Below are positions 1-9,585 of a DNA stretch of 64,000 bases, one piece after another; position 1 is the first letter of the stretch, and each line of letters starts with the position of its first letter. The notes below the pieces were generated by a model, which saw only the letters and a program-made list of their open reading frames with translations, was not told the origin of the DNA and searched no databases. The stretch is from Polyangiaceae bacterium (GTDB lineage: Bacteria; Myxococcota_A; Polyangia; Polyangiales; Polyangiaceae), in contig JBGANF010000015.1 in assembly GCA_044222475.1 (NCBI GenBank), positions 1-64,000 of the forward strand, written 5' to 3'. Position numbers and translations under genes: made by a program.

Positions 1-203
1 GGCAACTCGTTGCCTTCGAGCAGCGGCAGCGGGACGACTGCGGCGGGGCCGCCGCCCCTTTCTCAAGAGCGTGCGATCGACGAGATTCGTCGACTCTCTC
101 GACTTCCAGACGATATGCGCCGGGCTCGCCGGCTCGTCCCCCTGCCGGTGCTCGGCTTCGGCGCAGCGCCGGAGCTGCGGGGTCGATTCAAGCGGGCACG
201 GTG

Positions 204-1910
204 TCAGCCATCGGTCGGCACGGGCCGCGGAATGGCCACCTCTCGGTCGGTTCGGACGGAGCCGACCCTGGGGACGAAGCATCGCCGCGGAGGTCCGTTC
301 GGCCGGAAGCCCAACGCCTCGAGGGCGTGCAGGTAGCCGTTCATGCCGGGAAAGACGGCGTCGAGATCGGGTGGAGTGATCTTCGGCGCGATCGACCCTC
401 GCGTGGTGGTCGTACCCGAAACCAGCTCGAGGCTCTCGGGGTGGATGCGGATGACCCACGTTCGATCGGGAGGTGCGAGCGGCGCGGTCTCGAAGGTCAC
501 GTCGAGCGCGCCGTCGCGCAGGTGGCGGAAGAGCACCCTCAGCGTGCTCACCTCTTTGCCCGTCGCGTCGCCGCCCTCGAACTGGATGGCGAGGAGCGGC
601 ACTCGCCTCTGCGATCGTGCGACCTCGTGGAGCGCGCGAATGTCTTCGTGGGGCGCGCCGACGGCGCAGATCTCCGCGTTCGCCTCTTGGACGAGGGTGT
701 CGATGCGGGCGTCCATCTCGGCGACGCTCCGCCGTTCACGAGCGGCCCGATCGCGCTCGGCGAAGATGGCGTGGAGGTCGGTCGAGTGGATCACCCGAGC
801 GAGGTCCGCCTCGCGAACTTCATCGGCGCAGATCGTCTCCTGCTCCAGCGGGACGCACACCGCGCCGGGCTCCTCGCTCGGCGCGCAACGGTCGCGGTAC
901 CCGTCCGACGCGTACCTCGCGCACGCATCGCGAAGCTGCTTCTGGGCGCGTGCCACCGCGGGCGTGCCGGGATAGGTGGCGATCATCCGGGTCAGCGGCA
1001 ACACGTCGTCGGCCGTGCTCCGGCGAGCGGCGTCGGCTTCGTCGTCGTGAGCCTCGGCCGCGTGGCGTTTTCCCCTCGCGAGGTAGGCCCGGTACGCCGC
1101 GACGTCGTTCTTGGCGAGAGCGCTCTCGAACATCGCGTCGTCTTCGAGCGGAGCGCGCACGGCCCACGTCCCTGCGCCGATCGCCGCTCCGAGCGCGGCG
1201 ATCGCAGCGACCACGACGAGCCTGCGTCCGGGCTCCGCTCCCGAAGGCGCGAGCTCGCTCCACGGGAAGTGAGCGCGAAGGTCGGCGAGGACGTCCTTCG
1301 TCGATCGTCCGAGCGCGGTCGCGTCTTCGAGGTCGTGTTGGGCGGCGAGCATCTCGGCGAGCAGGCTCGCCTTCGAGTGGCGACGACCGGGTACCCGCAC
1401 TTTGTCGCCGTTCGCGTACTCGATCTCGATCGCGTTCTTCTTCGCATCGACGTGGCGCGCATCACCGAACGATCGAACGCGCATCCGCATGCCATCGATG
1501 ACGAGAAGGTCGAGCGGGTAGAGCACCGTTCCTTGAGGAAACCGAAAGAGGCCCTCGCGCAGGACCGAGCGCACGAAGAGCCCGAGACACAGGAACGCAA
1601 TCGCCCCGAGCGCGACGTACGCGAGCACCCATCGCGCCTCGAGCTGGGACGGACCTGCGAGATCTCCGAAGTGATCCTGCGCGAGGTGGGCCGCGGCGAG
1701 CACTCCGGCGGCGAAGAGGCCGAGCAACACGGCCCGGTCGAGCTGCCGCGTGGCCGAGAGGATCGGCATCGGCCGTCGGGAGTGGATCCGCGCGAGGAGC
1801 GCTGCGCGGGCGCCCGCGGGGAGCTTCGTCAGGTCGACGACGCGGTCGCCCGTGAACGGGCCCCCTTCGACCCCGAATTTCCGTCGCGAATCGTGCGCGC
1901 GATACGCCAC
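204..1910 (-). CDS. hypothetical membrane protein (several TM helices, Cys-containing C-terminal soluble part)
   Basis: Long ORF (track 204..2036) with hydrophobic segments AVLLGLFAAGVLAAA, WVLAYVALGAIAFLCLGLFV and LVVVAAIAALGAAIGAG. Start placed at GTG 1910, which avoids overlap with the divergent gene and has TACTTT 7 nt upstream. Confidence 0.65.
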   Translation of the reverse strand: MAYRAHDSRRKFGVEGGPFTGDRVVDLTKLPAGARAALLARIHSRRPMPILSATRQLDRAVLLGLFAAGVLAAAHLAQDHFGDLAGPSQLEARWVLAYVALGAIAFLCLGLFVRSVLREGLFRFPQGTVLYPLDLLVIDGMRMRVRSFGDARHVDAKKNAIEIEYANGDKVRVPGRRHSKASLLAEMLAAQHDLEDATALGRSTKDVLADLRAHFPWSELAPSGAEPGRRLVVVAAIAALGAAIGAGTWAVRAPLEDDAMFESALAKNDVAAYRAYLARGKRHAAEAHDDEADAARRSTADDVLPLTRMIATYPGTPAVARAQKQLRDACARYASDGYRDRCAPSEEPGAVCVPLEQETICADEVREADLARVIHSTDLHAIFAERDRAARERRSVAEMDARIDTLVQEANAEICAVGAPHEDIRALHEVARSQRRVPLLAIQFEGGDATGKEVSTLRVLFRHLRDGALDVTFETAPLAPPDRTWVIRIHPESLELVSGTTTTRGSIAPKITPPDLDAVFPGMNGYLHALEALGFRPNGPPRRCFVPRVGSVRTDREVAIPRPVPTDG

Positions 1911-1948
1911 GAGGCCAAAAGTAGCAGGATCTTGCGTCCTCGCGGGCG

Positions 1949-3553
1949 ATGTCCTACTTCGCAGAGTCGATGTACCGCAGTACCCGCCTGGCCCCGGCCG
2001 GCTTCCTTTTTGCGTCCGCGATCGCGCTGGGCGCACTCGCGTGCAAGCACGACGCCGCGACGGGGGCCGCGAGCTCCGACGCAGGGGAAGATTCGGACGC
2101 CGACCTCGCCACCGTCGCCGGTCCGGGTGCGGCCGAGGTCGACGCCGCGACGCTGGCCGCGGCGAAGAAGGTGATCGCGATCGTCTCGCCCGCCCCCATC
2201 TTCAGCGCGACCGAGTACCCGCCGAAGGATCCCGAGAAGGCCGAAGAGGAGCGCAAGAGCGTCATCCGCCTCGGCTACATCCGCAACGGCGAGTCGGTCG
2301 CGGTGAAGCCCGATCTGATCAAGAAGTCCAACTGCGCCGAAGGTTGGTACGAGCTGATCGAAGGCGGGTTCATCTGCGGGAAGTTCGTCACCGAGGATCC
2401 CCAGAACGCCGCCCTCAAGGACGGCGCCGGCCTGCACCCCCCGCTCGATGACGGACCGCTCCCGTACCAATATGGGCTCAACCTCACGAACGGCGCGCCG
2501 CTGTACCGCCGCTACCCGACGAAGGACGAGCGCGGCAAGTTCGAGAAGGGGCTGCTCGTCGGGAAGACGCGTCCCGGCGACCTCGCGGCGAAGCAGCAGC
2601 AGGTCGCGGCCGAAGGCGACGGCACCGTCCCCTGGTATCTCCAGGACCACAAAGGCCAGCGGCCGATGGTCAGCTTCAACGACATGAAGGGCGAGAGCGG
2701 GCTCATCACCGTCCGCATGATCAAGGGCTTCTACCTCGCGCTCGATCGCGAGGCGTCCGGCCGCGCGGGCAAGATGTGGAAGACGACCAGCGGCGATTTC
2801 GCGCCGGCCGAGCACATCATCGTCCACAAGTCGGTCACCGAGTTCGAAGGGGTCGACTTCCAGAAGCCGGGCGAGACGCGCAAGCTTCCGCTCGCGTGGG
2901 TGCTCAACCCGAAGGCATGGAAGTACGAGCCCTCGGAGGACAACAGCAAGATGAAGCGCCACGACAACGTGCCGCGCTTCACCATCGTCGAGCTCACCGG
3001 CAAGAAGATGGTCCTCGAGAACCGCACCTACTACGAGACCAAAGAAGGCTGGTGGATGAAGGACGTCGAGGGGACGATCTCGAAGCCCGATCCCGCGCCG
3101 TCGGATCTGAAGCCCGGCGAGAAGTGGATCGACGTCAACATCACGACCGAGTCTCTCGTCGCCTACGAGGGCGACAAGCCGATCTACGCGACGATCGTCT
3201 CGAGCGGACGCAGCGACGACAAGGATCCCACCAAGGATCACAAGACGAAGACCGGCAGCTTCTTCATCCGCGAGAAGCACGTCGCCGCGACGATGGACGA
3301 CGACAGCGCGGCCGACGGGCCGTACTCGATCCAGGACGTGCCGTGGATCATGTACTTCCACGGGAGCATCGCGCTGCACGGCGCCTTCTGGCACTCGAGC
3401 TTCGGCCACGAGCGGAGCCACGGCTGCGTGAACCTGACGCCGTTCGACGCGAAGAACCTGTTCAAGTGGGTCGGCCCGCGCCTACCGACGGGCTGGCACG
3501 GAGTGCGTGCGACCGAAGCGAACCCGGGGACCCGGGTGATCGTGCACAGCTAG
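1949..3553 (+). CDS. L,D-transpeptidase (YkuD family), probable lipoprotein
   Basis: C-terminal IALHGAFWH...SHGCVNL catalytic motif, WIDVNITTESLVAYEG strand, N-terminal LALAC lipobox-like signal. Confidence 0.9.
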   Translation: MSYFAESMYRSTRLAPAGFLFASAIALGALACKHDAATGAASSDAGEDSDADLATVAGPGAAEVDAATLAAAKKVIAIVSPAPIFSATEYPPKDPEKAEEERKSVIRLGYIRNGESVAVKPDLIKKSNCAEGWYELIEGGFICGKFVTEDPQNAALKDGAGLHPPLDDGPLPYQYGLNLTNGAPLYRRYPTKDERGKFEKGLLVGKTRPGDLAAKQQQVAAEGDGTVPWYLQDHKGQRPMVSFNDMKGESGLITVRMIKGFYLALDREASGRAGKMWKTTSGDFAPAEHIIVHKSVTEFEGVDFQKPGETRKLPLAWVLNPKAWKYEPSEDNSKMKRHDNVPRFTIVELTGKKMVLENRTYYETKEGWWMKDVEGTISKPDPAPSDLKPGEKWIDVNITTESLVAYEGDKPIYATIVSSGRSDDKDPTKDHKTKTGSFFIREKHVAATMDDDSAADGPYSIQDVPWIMYFHGSIALHGAFWHSSFGHERSHGCVNLTPFDAKNLFKWVGPRLPTGWHGVRATEANPGTRVIVHS

Positions 3554-3561
3554 AAGAAGTG

Positions 3562-3671
3562 GAGAAAAACCGCCAGGGTCGCCAGACACGCCAAGAGAAG
3601 TTGGTTTGCACTGATGACCAGCCCACTTCACTTGGCGGTCCTGGCGCTCCTTTTTCCTCCTGGCGGTTCTC
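3562..3671. repeat. imperfect palindrome built from 9-bp-spaced CGCCA(A)G / C(T)TGGCG units
   Basis: AACCGCCAGG (3568), CGCCAG (3580) and CGCCAAG (3589) are mirrored by CTTGGCG (3631), CTGGCG (3641) and CCTGGCGGTT (3659). It lies between convergent genes. Confidence 0.75.
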
Positions 3672-3681
3672 TACGAGAGTG

Positions 3682-4356
3682 TCAGTCGACTCCCGCGTCA
3701 GCAGCGCCGGAGTCGGTGACTCCGCCGTCTGCCGGGGGCGCATCGGTGCAGCGCGACTTGTTCGGCACCGTCGTGTGCGGGCAGTGCGTCGTCTTGTCGA
3801 TGTCCTTACCAGTTTGGGACAGCTCGAGGTGGTAGGTGCGGCACTCCACCGTGTCACCCGTCGACCCGATCAACGCGCCGGCGAAGCCGCCTTGGGTCGC
3901 GTCCTTGAGCGTGGCGCACGCGGCCTTGCAGCTGTCGATGTCGGCGTAGCGCTCGTTCGGGGTCGTGCCGGCGCCGCAGAGCGCCAGGTTCGCGGTGCAG
4001 AACCCCTCGCAGCGGCTGGGGCAGCTCGCCGACGCCACGCCGGCGTTCGCGCAGAAGAGGTGCTTCTCGGCCGCGGTCGTCGCCTCTTTCTGGCTGCTCA
4101 GCTGGGAGAGCCGGCACTCGACCGAGTTCGCGCCCACGCCCTTGAGGGCGAACGTCGCGCAGAACCGTTGGCAGGTGGCGTTGTCGGGGAACTGGACGTC
4201 GCTGCCCGTGCACTGGTTCTGGATGTCGGCGCAGTAGCTGAGGCAGCTCACGTCGGCCGGAGGCGCGGCGTCGTTGCCGACGCAAGCGGTGAACACGGCG
4301 AACGCCGCGGCAGGGAGAACGAGGACCCAAGCGAAGCGGCGCACGAAGAATGCCAT
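3682..4356 (-). CDS. Cys-rich hypothetical lipoprotein
   Basis: MAFFVRRFAWVLVLPAAAFAVFTAC signal/lipobox; two repeated CxxYC/CxxFC...C...C modules; DGG/DAG low-complexity tail. Confidence 0.75.
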   Translation of the reverse strand: MAFFVRRFAWVLVLPAAAFAVFTACVGNDAAPPADVSCLSYCADIQNQCTGSDVQFPDNATCQRFCATFALKGVGANSVECRLSQLSSQKEATTAAEKHLFCANAGVASASCPSRCEGFCTANLALCGAGTTPNERYADIDSCKAACATLKDATQGGFAGALIGSTGDTVECRTYHLELSQTGKDIDKTTHCPHTTVPNKSRCTDAPPADGGVTDSGAADAGVD

Positions 4357-4382
4357 GCCGTCAGCATACGCGCGGGGCGTGG

Positions 4383-5171
4383 TCACTGCAAAATCGCGGC
4401 TCCGGTCGCCGATCCGCCGGCGCGCGCCGCGATCGCCGTCACCTCGAGCTCGGCCCTCGCGTCGCCCGCTGCGCGCCGGTCGCGCGCGACGAGCCCGATC
4501 GACACGGTCGCGTCCGTCGCGAGCGCGTCCACGAAGGCGGCCGGGACCGTCAGCGTCCCGCCCTTCGCCGGGACCTCGCACCGAACGCCGACGCCCGGGC
4601 TCGAGAGCGCCACGAACGCCGTGCCGGAGCTCGCACCCTGCCACGCCACGACGAAGTCCTTGCCTCGCGTGATCGCGAGCGGGCCCGAAGGCGGCCACGC
4701 CGGGGCGGTCAGCGTCGCAAACGTCGGCGCGACCACCGAGCGTGTGAACGCCGGGAGGTCGGCCCCAGCCGCGCTGGCGCCGATCGTCTCGCCCCCGGCG
4801 AACAGCGGGCTCGGCGTCGTCTGAGGGGCGTACGTCGTACCAGATGGGGACAACGTGACGTCACCGGCCGAGAGACCGCTGACGTGAATCATCCCTGCGC
4901 CGAGCCCCGCCGGAGGCGCGCCGCTGCACTTCGTCAGCGTGCACGTCCCGTCGCTCGAGCGCGTGTCGACGCAAGGAACGCTGAGCGCTTCTGCGAACGC
5001 CGCGGCGACCGTCGTCTCGCCGAAGGTCTTCTCTTGCACGGTGTAGCTGCCGACCACCACGGTCACCGCGCCGCCGCGCGACGGAAGCGGCGCCGCGTCG
5101 ACGCCGGCGTCGGTCACGACGGGGTCCTTCGTCCCGCACCCGAGCATGACGACGAAGGCGAGTCGTCGCAT
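4383..5171 (-). CDS. hypothetical lipoprotein
   Basis: MRRLAFVVMLGC lipobox; beta-rich body; co-oriented with its neighbours. Confidence 0.7.
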   Translation of the reverse strand: MRRLAFVVMLGCGTKDPVVTDAGVDAAPLPSRGGAVTVVVGSYTVQEKTFGETTVAAAFAEALSVPCVDTRSSDGTCTLTKCSGAPPAGLGAGMIHVSGLSAGDVTLSPSGTTYAPQTTPSPLFAGGETIGASAAGADLPAFTRSVVAPTFATLTAPAWPPSGPLAITRGKDFVVAWQGASSGTAFVALSSPGVGVRCEVPAKGGTLTVPAAFVDALATDATVSIGLVARDRRAAGDARAELEVTAIAARAGGSATGAAILQ

Positions 5172-5174
5172 GGG

Positions 5175-6761
5175 TCAGCGCGTCAACGTGAGGTTCTTGA
5201 CCGGCTTCGTCTGCGCTTGGGTCGGCGCGTGGGCGCCGGGCGCGTCGACGAAGGTGACGTCGGTGGCGGTCGTCGCATCCGTCCCAGAACCTACGGTCGG
5301 GGGAGTGTTCGCCGCGACGGTCGCGGCGGCGGTCGCAGCGGGCGGCGGAGTCGGCGCGTCGTCGTCGCCGGTGTCCTCCGGGAGCGGCGGGAGCTTGGTC
5401 TCGTCGAAGCCGACCGGCACCGAGTAGATCTCGGTCGTCGGCGGGTACGCGTCGGTGCTGGTCTCGACCTTCTTCCGCCCGTCGTCGAAGGTCACGGTGC
5501 GCGTTCGCTTGATCGTGTAGCCGCGGATGCCGTGCTGCTTCACGAGCACGTGGGTCCCGCTGAGCTTCGGATCCTCGTTGACCTTGCGACCGTAGGGCGT
5601 GGTCTTGAGGACCTCGCGCGTGAACGCGACCTTCACCGGCTTCCCCGCGCCGAGGAGCTGCATCGTGAGCTTGTTTCCTTCGGTCTTCGCGTGGAGCACG
5701 ATCGGGAACGTGTGGGGGTTGCGCAGCTTCAGGTCGACGATCGGGTAGACGACCGTCGAGTCGAGCCCCATCGGGATGTACGCGCTCGGGCGCGAGTGCG
5801 GCAGCCGCTCGAGGACGTCGAGTCCCGCGAACACCGCGGTCGCGTGGAGCGTCGATGCGACCTGGCACGTCCCACCGCCGACGCCCTCGACCATCTCGCC
5901 CTTGAAGATCTCCCAGCTCTTCTGGAAGCCGTTCTCTTCACTGCGATCTCCGACCACGGCGTTGAAGCTCACGACCTCGCCCGGGCTGAGCACGAGCCCG
6001 TCGAGCTTGGCCGCAGCCACGTCGATGTTCTGGCCGCGACGCTTCTGATCGCCGCCGCGCGAGAAGTACGTCTCGAACTCGCCGAGGACCATGTGGATGT
6101 CGAGCGCGCGCACGAACTCGCTCGTGACGCGAGGCGCGACCGCGAGCACCGGGACGACGACCTTCACGCCATCGGCGTTCGGCGCCCGCGCGGCCGCGAG
6201 GACCGACGGGGATGCGCCGTACGCGTCGAGGTAGTGCCCGTCCTTCTCCGGGATCACGGTTCGGTGCTCGAGGTCCATGCGCGCGCTGGTGGGCGGCGTG
6301 TCGTAGTTTTCCTTGTATCGTGCAACGATCGCCGCGAGCGTCGCGTCGTCGACCGAGATGCGGAGCGGAACGTCGACGAGCCCGGCGCGCGCCCGCTCGG
6401 CGGTCTGCGCGCGGGCGATGACGTCGTCTTCGTGGCCGGCGCGGAGCGCCTGAGCGACGACGCCGTCGACGTCGATGGTGACGCCGAGCTCGCGCAGGCT
6501 GAACTCGCCGAGGTCCTTCCCGCCGTCGGCTTCGACGTGCACGCGTCGATCGAGGATGGCATCGGCTCGGCCGCGCACGAACGCGGCGAGGTCGCCGGTC
6601 GGCGTTGCTCCGTCGACGCGGAGGCCGGGGAGGGGGCCGCCTGGGTTGGTGTCCTGCGGGAGGTAGTGGGCGCGCGCGAAGTACGCTCCGCCGCTGGCGC
6701 TGGCCGCGAGGAAGAGGACGACGGCGATGCGCGGCCCGAGCCGCCCGAAGGAATGCGACAT
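5175..6761 (-). CDS. VanW family protein (N-terminal TM, putative peptidoglycan-binding region)
   Basis: NIDVAAAKLDGLVLSPGEVVSFNAVVG, GGGTCQVASTLH and ERLPHS...YIPMGLDSTV...DLKLRN VanW motifs. Confidence 0.9.
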   Translation of the reverse strand: MSHSFGRLGPRIAVVLFLAASASGGAYFARAHYLPQDTNPGGPLPGLRVDGATPTGDLAAFVRGRADAILDRRVHVEADGGKDLGEFSLRELGVTIDVDGVVAQALRAGHEDDVIARAQTAERARAGLVDVPLRISVDDATLAAIVARYKENYDTPPTSARMDLEHRTVIPEKDGHYLDAYGASPSVLAAARAPNADGVKVVVPVLAVAPRVTSEFVRALDIHMVLGEFETYFSRGGDQKRRGQNIDVAAAKLDGLVLSPGEVVSFNAVVGDRSEENGFQKSWEIFKGEMVEGVGGGTCQVASTLHATAVFAGLDVLERLPHSRPSAYIPMGLDSTVVYPIVDLKLRNPHTFPIVLHAKTEGNKLTMQLLGAGKPVKVAFTREVLKTTPYGRKVNEDPKLSGTHVLVKQHGIRGYTIKRTRTVTFDDGRKKVETSTDAYPPTTEIYSVPVGFDETKLPPLPEDTGDDDAPTPPPAATAAATVAANTPPTVGSGTDATTATDVTFVDAPGAHAPTQAQTKPVKNLTLTR

Positions 6762-6854
6762 GACGGAAAAACGCCAGCCCGAGTATCCCCCATTCCGGGG
6801 AAATGTGGAAAATCTGGCGGTCCGGCGGCCAAGTCAGGCAAGATAGCGAAACCG

Positions 6855-9578
6855 ATGGACCCCTTCGATCTCGTGGGGGACGTTCTCGACGATCAGTATC
6901 GGATCGACGAATTCGCAGGGGAGGGCGTCCTCAGCGTCGTCTACCGTGGGCGCCACCTGGGTGTCGACGCGGACGTCGCGATCAAGTGTTTGAACCTCCC
7001 GCCCACGATGGACGAGGCGCTGGCCGCCCCCGTTGCGGAGTCGTTCACCCTCGGATGCAAGCTTCACTACCGCCTCGCGCGGGGAAACCTGCACATTGCA
7101 CAGACCATCGCGAGCGGGACGACGGTCGCGCCGCGCACCGGGGCGGTCGTCCCGTACCTCGTGCGCGAGTGGTTCGAGGGCGAGTCGCTCGCGAAGAACT
7201 TCGCGTCGCGGCGCGAAAAAGGGGAGAAGGGCCGCTCCCTCGAGGACGTGCTGGATCTCTTCCAGGGCGCCGCGGACGCGCTTCGCTACGCGCACAGCCA
7301 ACAGATCGCTCACCTGTCGCTCACGCCGAGCAACTTCTTCATCACCCAGATGCCGAACCCGTCGCAGCCGAAGGTCGGGGAAGCGGGCGGCGAGCCTGCG
7401 TCGCATCGCACCATCAAGGTGCTCGACTTCGGCGTCGGTCGCACGCTCGACGTGACCGCGTCCGATCTTCGGCGGAGCGCGACGCCGTCACCGGGCCTCC
7501 ACCTCCTGCAGCCGGCGTACGCGGCGCCCGAGCAGCTGAGCGCCCACGTCGGCGTGCCCGGTCTCGCGAGCGACGTGTACGTGTTCGCGCTCGTCCTCCT
7601 CGAGGCGCTCTCCGATCAGTCGGTGATGGAAGGGAAGGACACCGGTCACATCGTGACCCGCGCCCTCGATCGCACCGTGCGGCCCGGACCGAAGCAGCTC
7701 GGGCTCGAGCTCTCCGACTACGTCGAGTCGATCTTCGCGCGCGCTCTCGCGCTCGAGCCGGGCGATCGATATCCCGACGTCGGCGCGTTCTGGGAGGAGC
7801 TCCTCCAGGCCGATCTCGAGATGGCGACGTCGAGCCGTGACCCGTCGCTCCCGCCGCCCAACTTCGACGAGGAAGAACCGACCGCGCAGATGCCGGTGGA
7901 GATGCTGGAGCCGCTCGCCGGCTCGAAGGCCGCGCGCCCGAACATGGAGCCTTCGGCGGTGTGGGAGCCATCGGCGAGCGCGACGGCTCGCATTCGCGGC
8001 CCCTCGTTGTTCCGTCGTCTCCGCCACTGGAAGACGCTCGGCATGAAGGGCAAGAGCGCGGCCGCCGAGGCCGAGCGGACCGAAGGGCCGATCTCGATGC
8101 CACCGCCGCCGCCGGTCAGCGTGCGGTCCCCGCCGGTGATCTCGGAGGCACCACAGCGGCCCGCGTCGAACGCGGCGATCCCGTCGTGGCACCCCGATCC
8201 GCCGAAGGCGCCGTCGGAGCCGCACATCGCGATCCCCAAGGCTCCGTCGAAGCCGAACATCTCCGCGCCGGTCACGACGCCGCCGCGCCCCGCGCCGGTC
8301 ACGCAGCCGCTGCGTCCGTTGAAGACCGAGGCGCCGAAGGCTCCGATGGCGCCGAAGGCCCCGATGGCACCGAAGGCGCCCGAAGCCCCGAAGGCGACCG
8401 AGGCGCCGAAGCCCGCCGTCGCCGCGCCGCATCCCCCCGCCGCGCCGAAGCCCCCGCCGCCGAAGCCGATGGTACCGAAGCGTCAGCCGACGCTCGTCAT
8501 GTTCCAGGACGGCGTCGACGAGAGCGCCGCTGCGCGCACGTCGTCGCCTTCGTCACCAGGGCTCGCCGATCCGAAGGCCGCCGCAGCGGTCGCGGCGGCT
8601 TCGGAGCCGGAGCCGGCGCCGCCTCCGGTGCCCGAGGCGCCGAAGACTCCGGCGAAGCCGCTGCCGCCGCCGCCCCCGGCCGACGTCGTGTCGGCGCTCG
8701 AGGGCATGGAAGCGGCGCCGGTCGCCGTCCCGCCCGCTGCGCCGTCGTCGAACCCGGCGACGAAGGGATCGCTGAGCCCATCCACGGCCCCGATGCCGAT
8801 GGCCGTCGCGGCGATCCCTCAGCCTCCACCGATTCCGCTGGCGCCTCCGTCCGATCCGCTCGGGGCGACGCCGCCACCGCCGTTCGTGCCCCCCGCGGCG
8901 CCGTCGGATCCGTACGCTGCGACGGGACCGACGTCGCGCTCCGATCCTACGGAGCAAGTGCGCGCACCGCCCGCGAGTCTCTTCGCGTCGTCGTCGCAGA
9001 ACGCGACGGTCTTCACCGAGGTCCCGCCGCCGAAGCCGCGGGTGAGCCGCGCGGTGATGGCCGCGATCGTGTCGTTCATCGTCGTCCTGGCGATCGGCGT
9101 GCTCGTGATCGCGTTCGTGTCCCATTCTGGTAAGAAGCCCACGGTGGCGACGGCGACCGCGACGACCGAAACCGCCTCCGTGTCCGCTATCGCTACCGCC
9201 TCCGCGACCGCGTCCGCCTCCGCTTCCGCGTCCGCTTCGGCTTCCGCTTCAGCTTCAGCTTCAGCTTCGGCTTCCGCTTCCGCTTCCGTCGCGGCGCTGC
9301 CCACGCAGCCGAAGTTCTTCAAGAACCTCGCGATGAAGGCGCTCGACAAGGCCGCGAAGGATCTCACCGAGTGCAGGAACCCGAAGGGCATCTGGGGTCA
9401 GAGCGCCGCGACGGTGATCTTCGCGAACGACGGCACCGTGAAGGACGTCTCGATCGCGCAGCCGTTCACCAACCGGCCCCAAGGGAAATGCGTCGAAGAG
9501 AAGGTCCGCAAGGCAACCATGGCGCCGTTCCTCGGGAAGTCGTACCCGGTCGTCTATTTCTTCTACGTCCCGAAGTGA
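6855..9578 (+). CDS. membrane-anchored Ser/Thr kinase-like protein (probable pseudokinase) with Pro-rich linker, TM helix and periplasmic C-terminal domain
   Basis: GEGVLSVVY, VAIK, VLDFG, YAAPEQ and SDVYVFAL subdomains; catalytic loop reads HLSLTPSN; TM AIVSFIVVLAIGVLVIAFV. Start at ATG 6855 within track ORF 4350..9578. Confidence 0.85.
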   Translation: MDPFDLVGDVLDDQYRIDEFAGEGVLSVVYRGRHLGVDADVAIKCLNLPPTMDEALAAPVAESFTLGCKLHYRLARGNLHIAQTIASGTTVAPRTGAVVPYLVREWFEGESLAKNFASRREKGEKGRSLEDVLDLFQGAADALRYAHSQQIAHLSLTPSNFFITQMPNPSQPKVGEAGGEPASHRTIKVLDFGVGRTLDVTASDLRRSATPSPGLHLLQPAYAAPEQLSAHVGVPGLASDVYVFALVLLEALSDQSVMEGKDTGHIVTRALDRTVRPGPKQLGLELSDYVESIFARALALEPGDRYPDVGAFWEELLQADLEMATSSRDPSLPPPNFDEEEPTAQMPVEMLEPLAGSKAARPNMEPSAVWEPSASATARIRGPSLFRRLRHWKTLGMKGKSAAAEAERTEGPISMPPPPPVSVRSPPVISEAPQRPASNAAIPSWHPDPPKAPSEPHIAIPKAPSKPNISAPVTTPPRPAPVTQPLRPLKTEAPKAPMAPKAPMAPKAPEAPKATEAPKPAVAAPHPPAAPKPPPPKPMVPKRQPTLVMFQDGVDESAAARTSSPSSPGLADPKAAAAVAAASEPEPAPPPVPEAPKTPAKPLPPPPPADVVSALEGMEAAPVAVPPAAPSSNPATKGSLSPSTAPMPMAVAAIPQPPPIPLAPPSDPLGATPPPPFVPPAAPSDPYAATGPTSRSDPTEQVRAPPASLFASSSQNATVFTEVPPPKPRVSRAVMAAIVSFIVVLAIGVLVIAFVSHSGKKPTVATATATTETASVSAIATASATASASASASASASASASASASASASASVAALPTQPKFFKNLAMKALDKAAKDLTECRNPKGIWGQSAATVIFANDGTVKDVSIAQPFTNRPQGKCVEEKVRKATMAPFLGKSYPVVYFFYVPK
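9213..9288 (+). repeat. (TCCGCT)n-type hexamer tract encoding an Ala-Ser linker
   Basis: tccgcctccgcttccgcgtccgcttcggcttccgcttcagcttcagct...cttccgcttccgcttccg. Confidence 0.85.
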
Positions 9579-9585
9579 GCGCTCC

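Noticed and set aside
1..203. Short ORFs at the window start
   Set aside because: No frame gives a recognisable protein, and the region is truncated by the window edge.
4350..6854. N-terminal 835 aa of the 1742-aa track ORF
   Set aside because: It is the antisense shadow of VanW and a lipoprotein gene; the kinase-like protein starts at ATG 6855.
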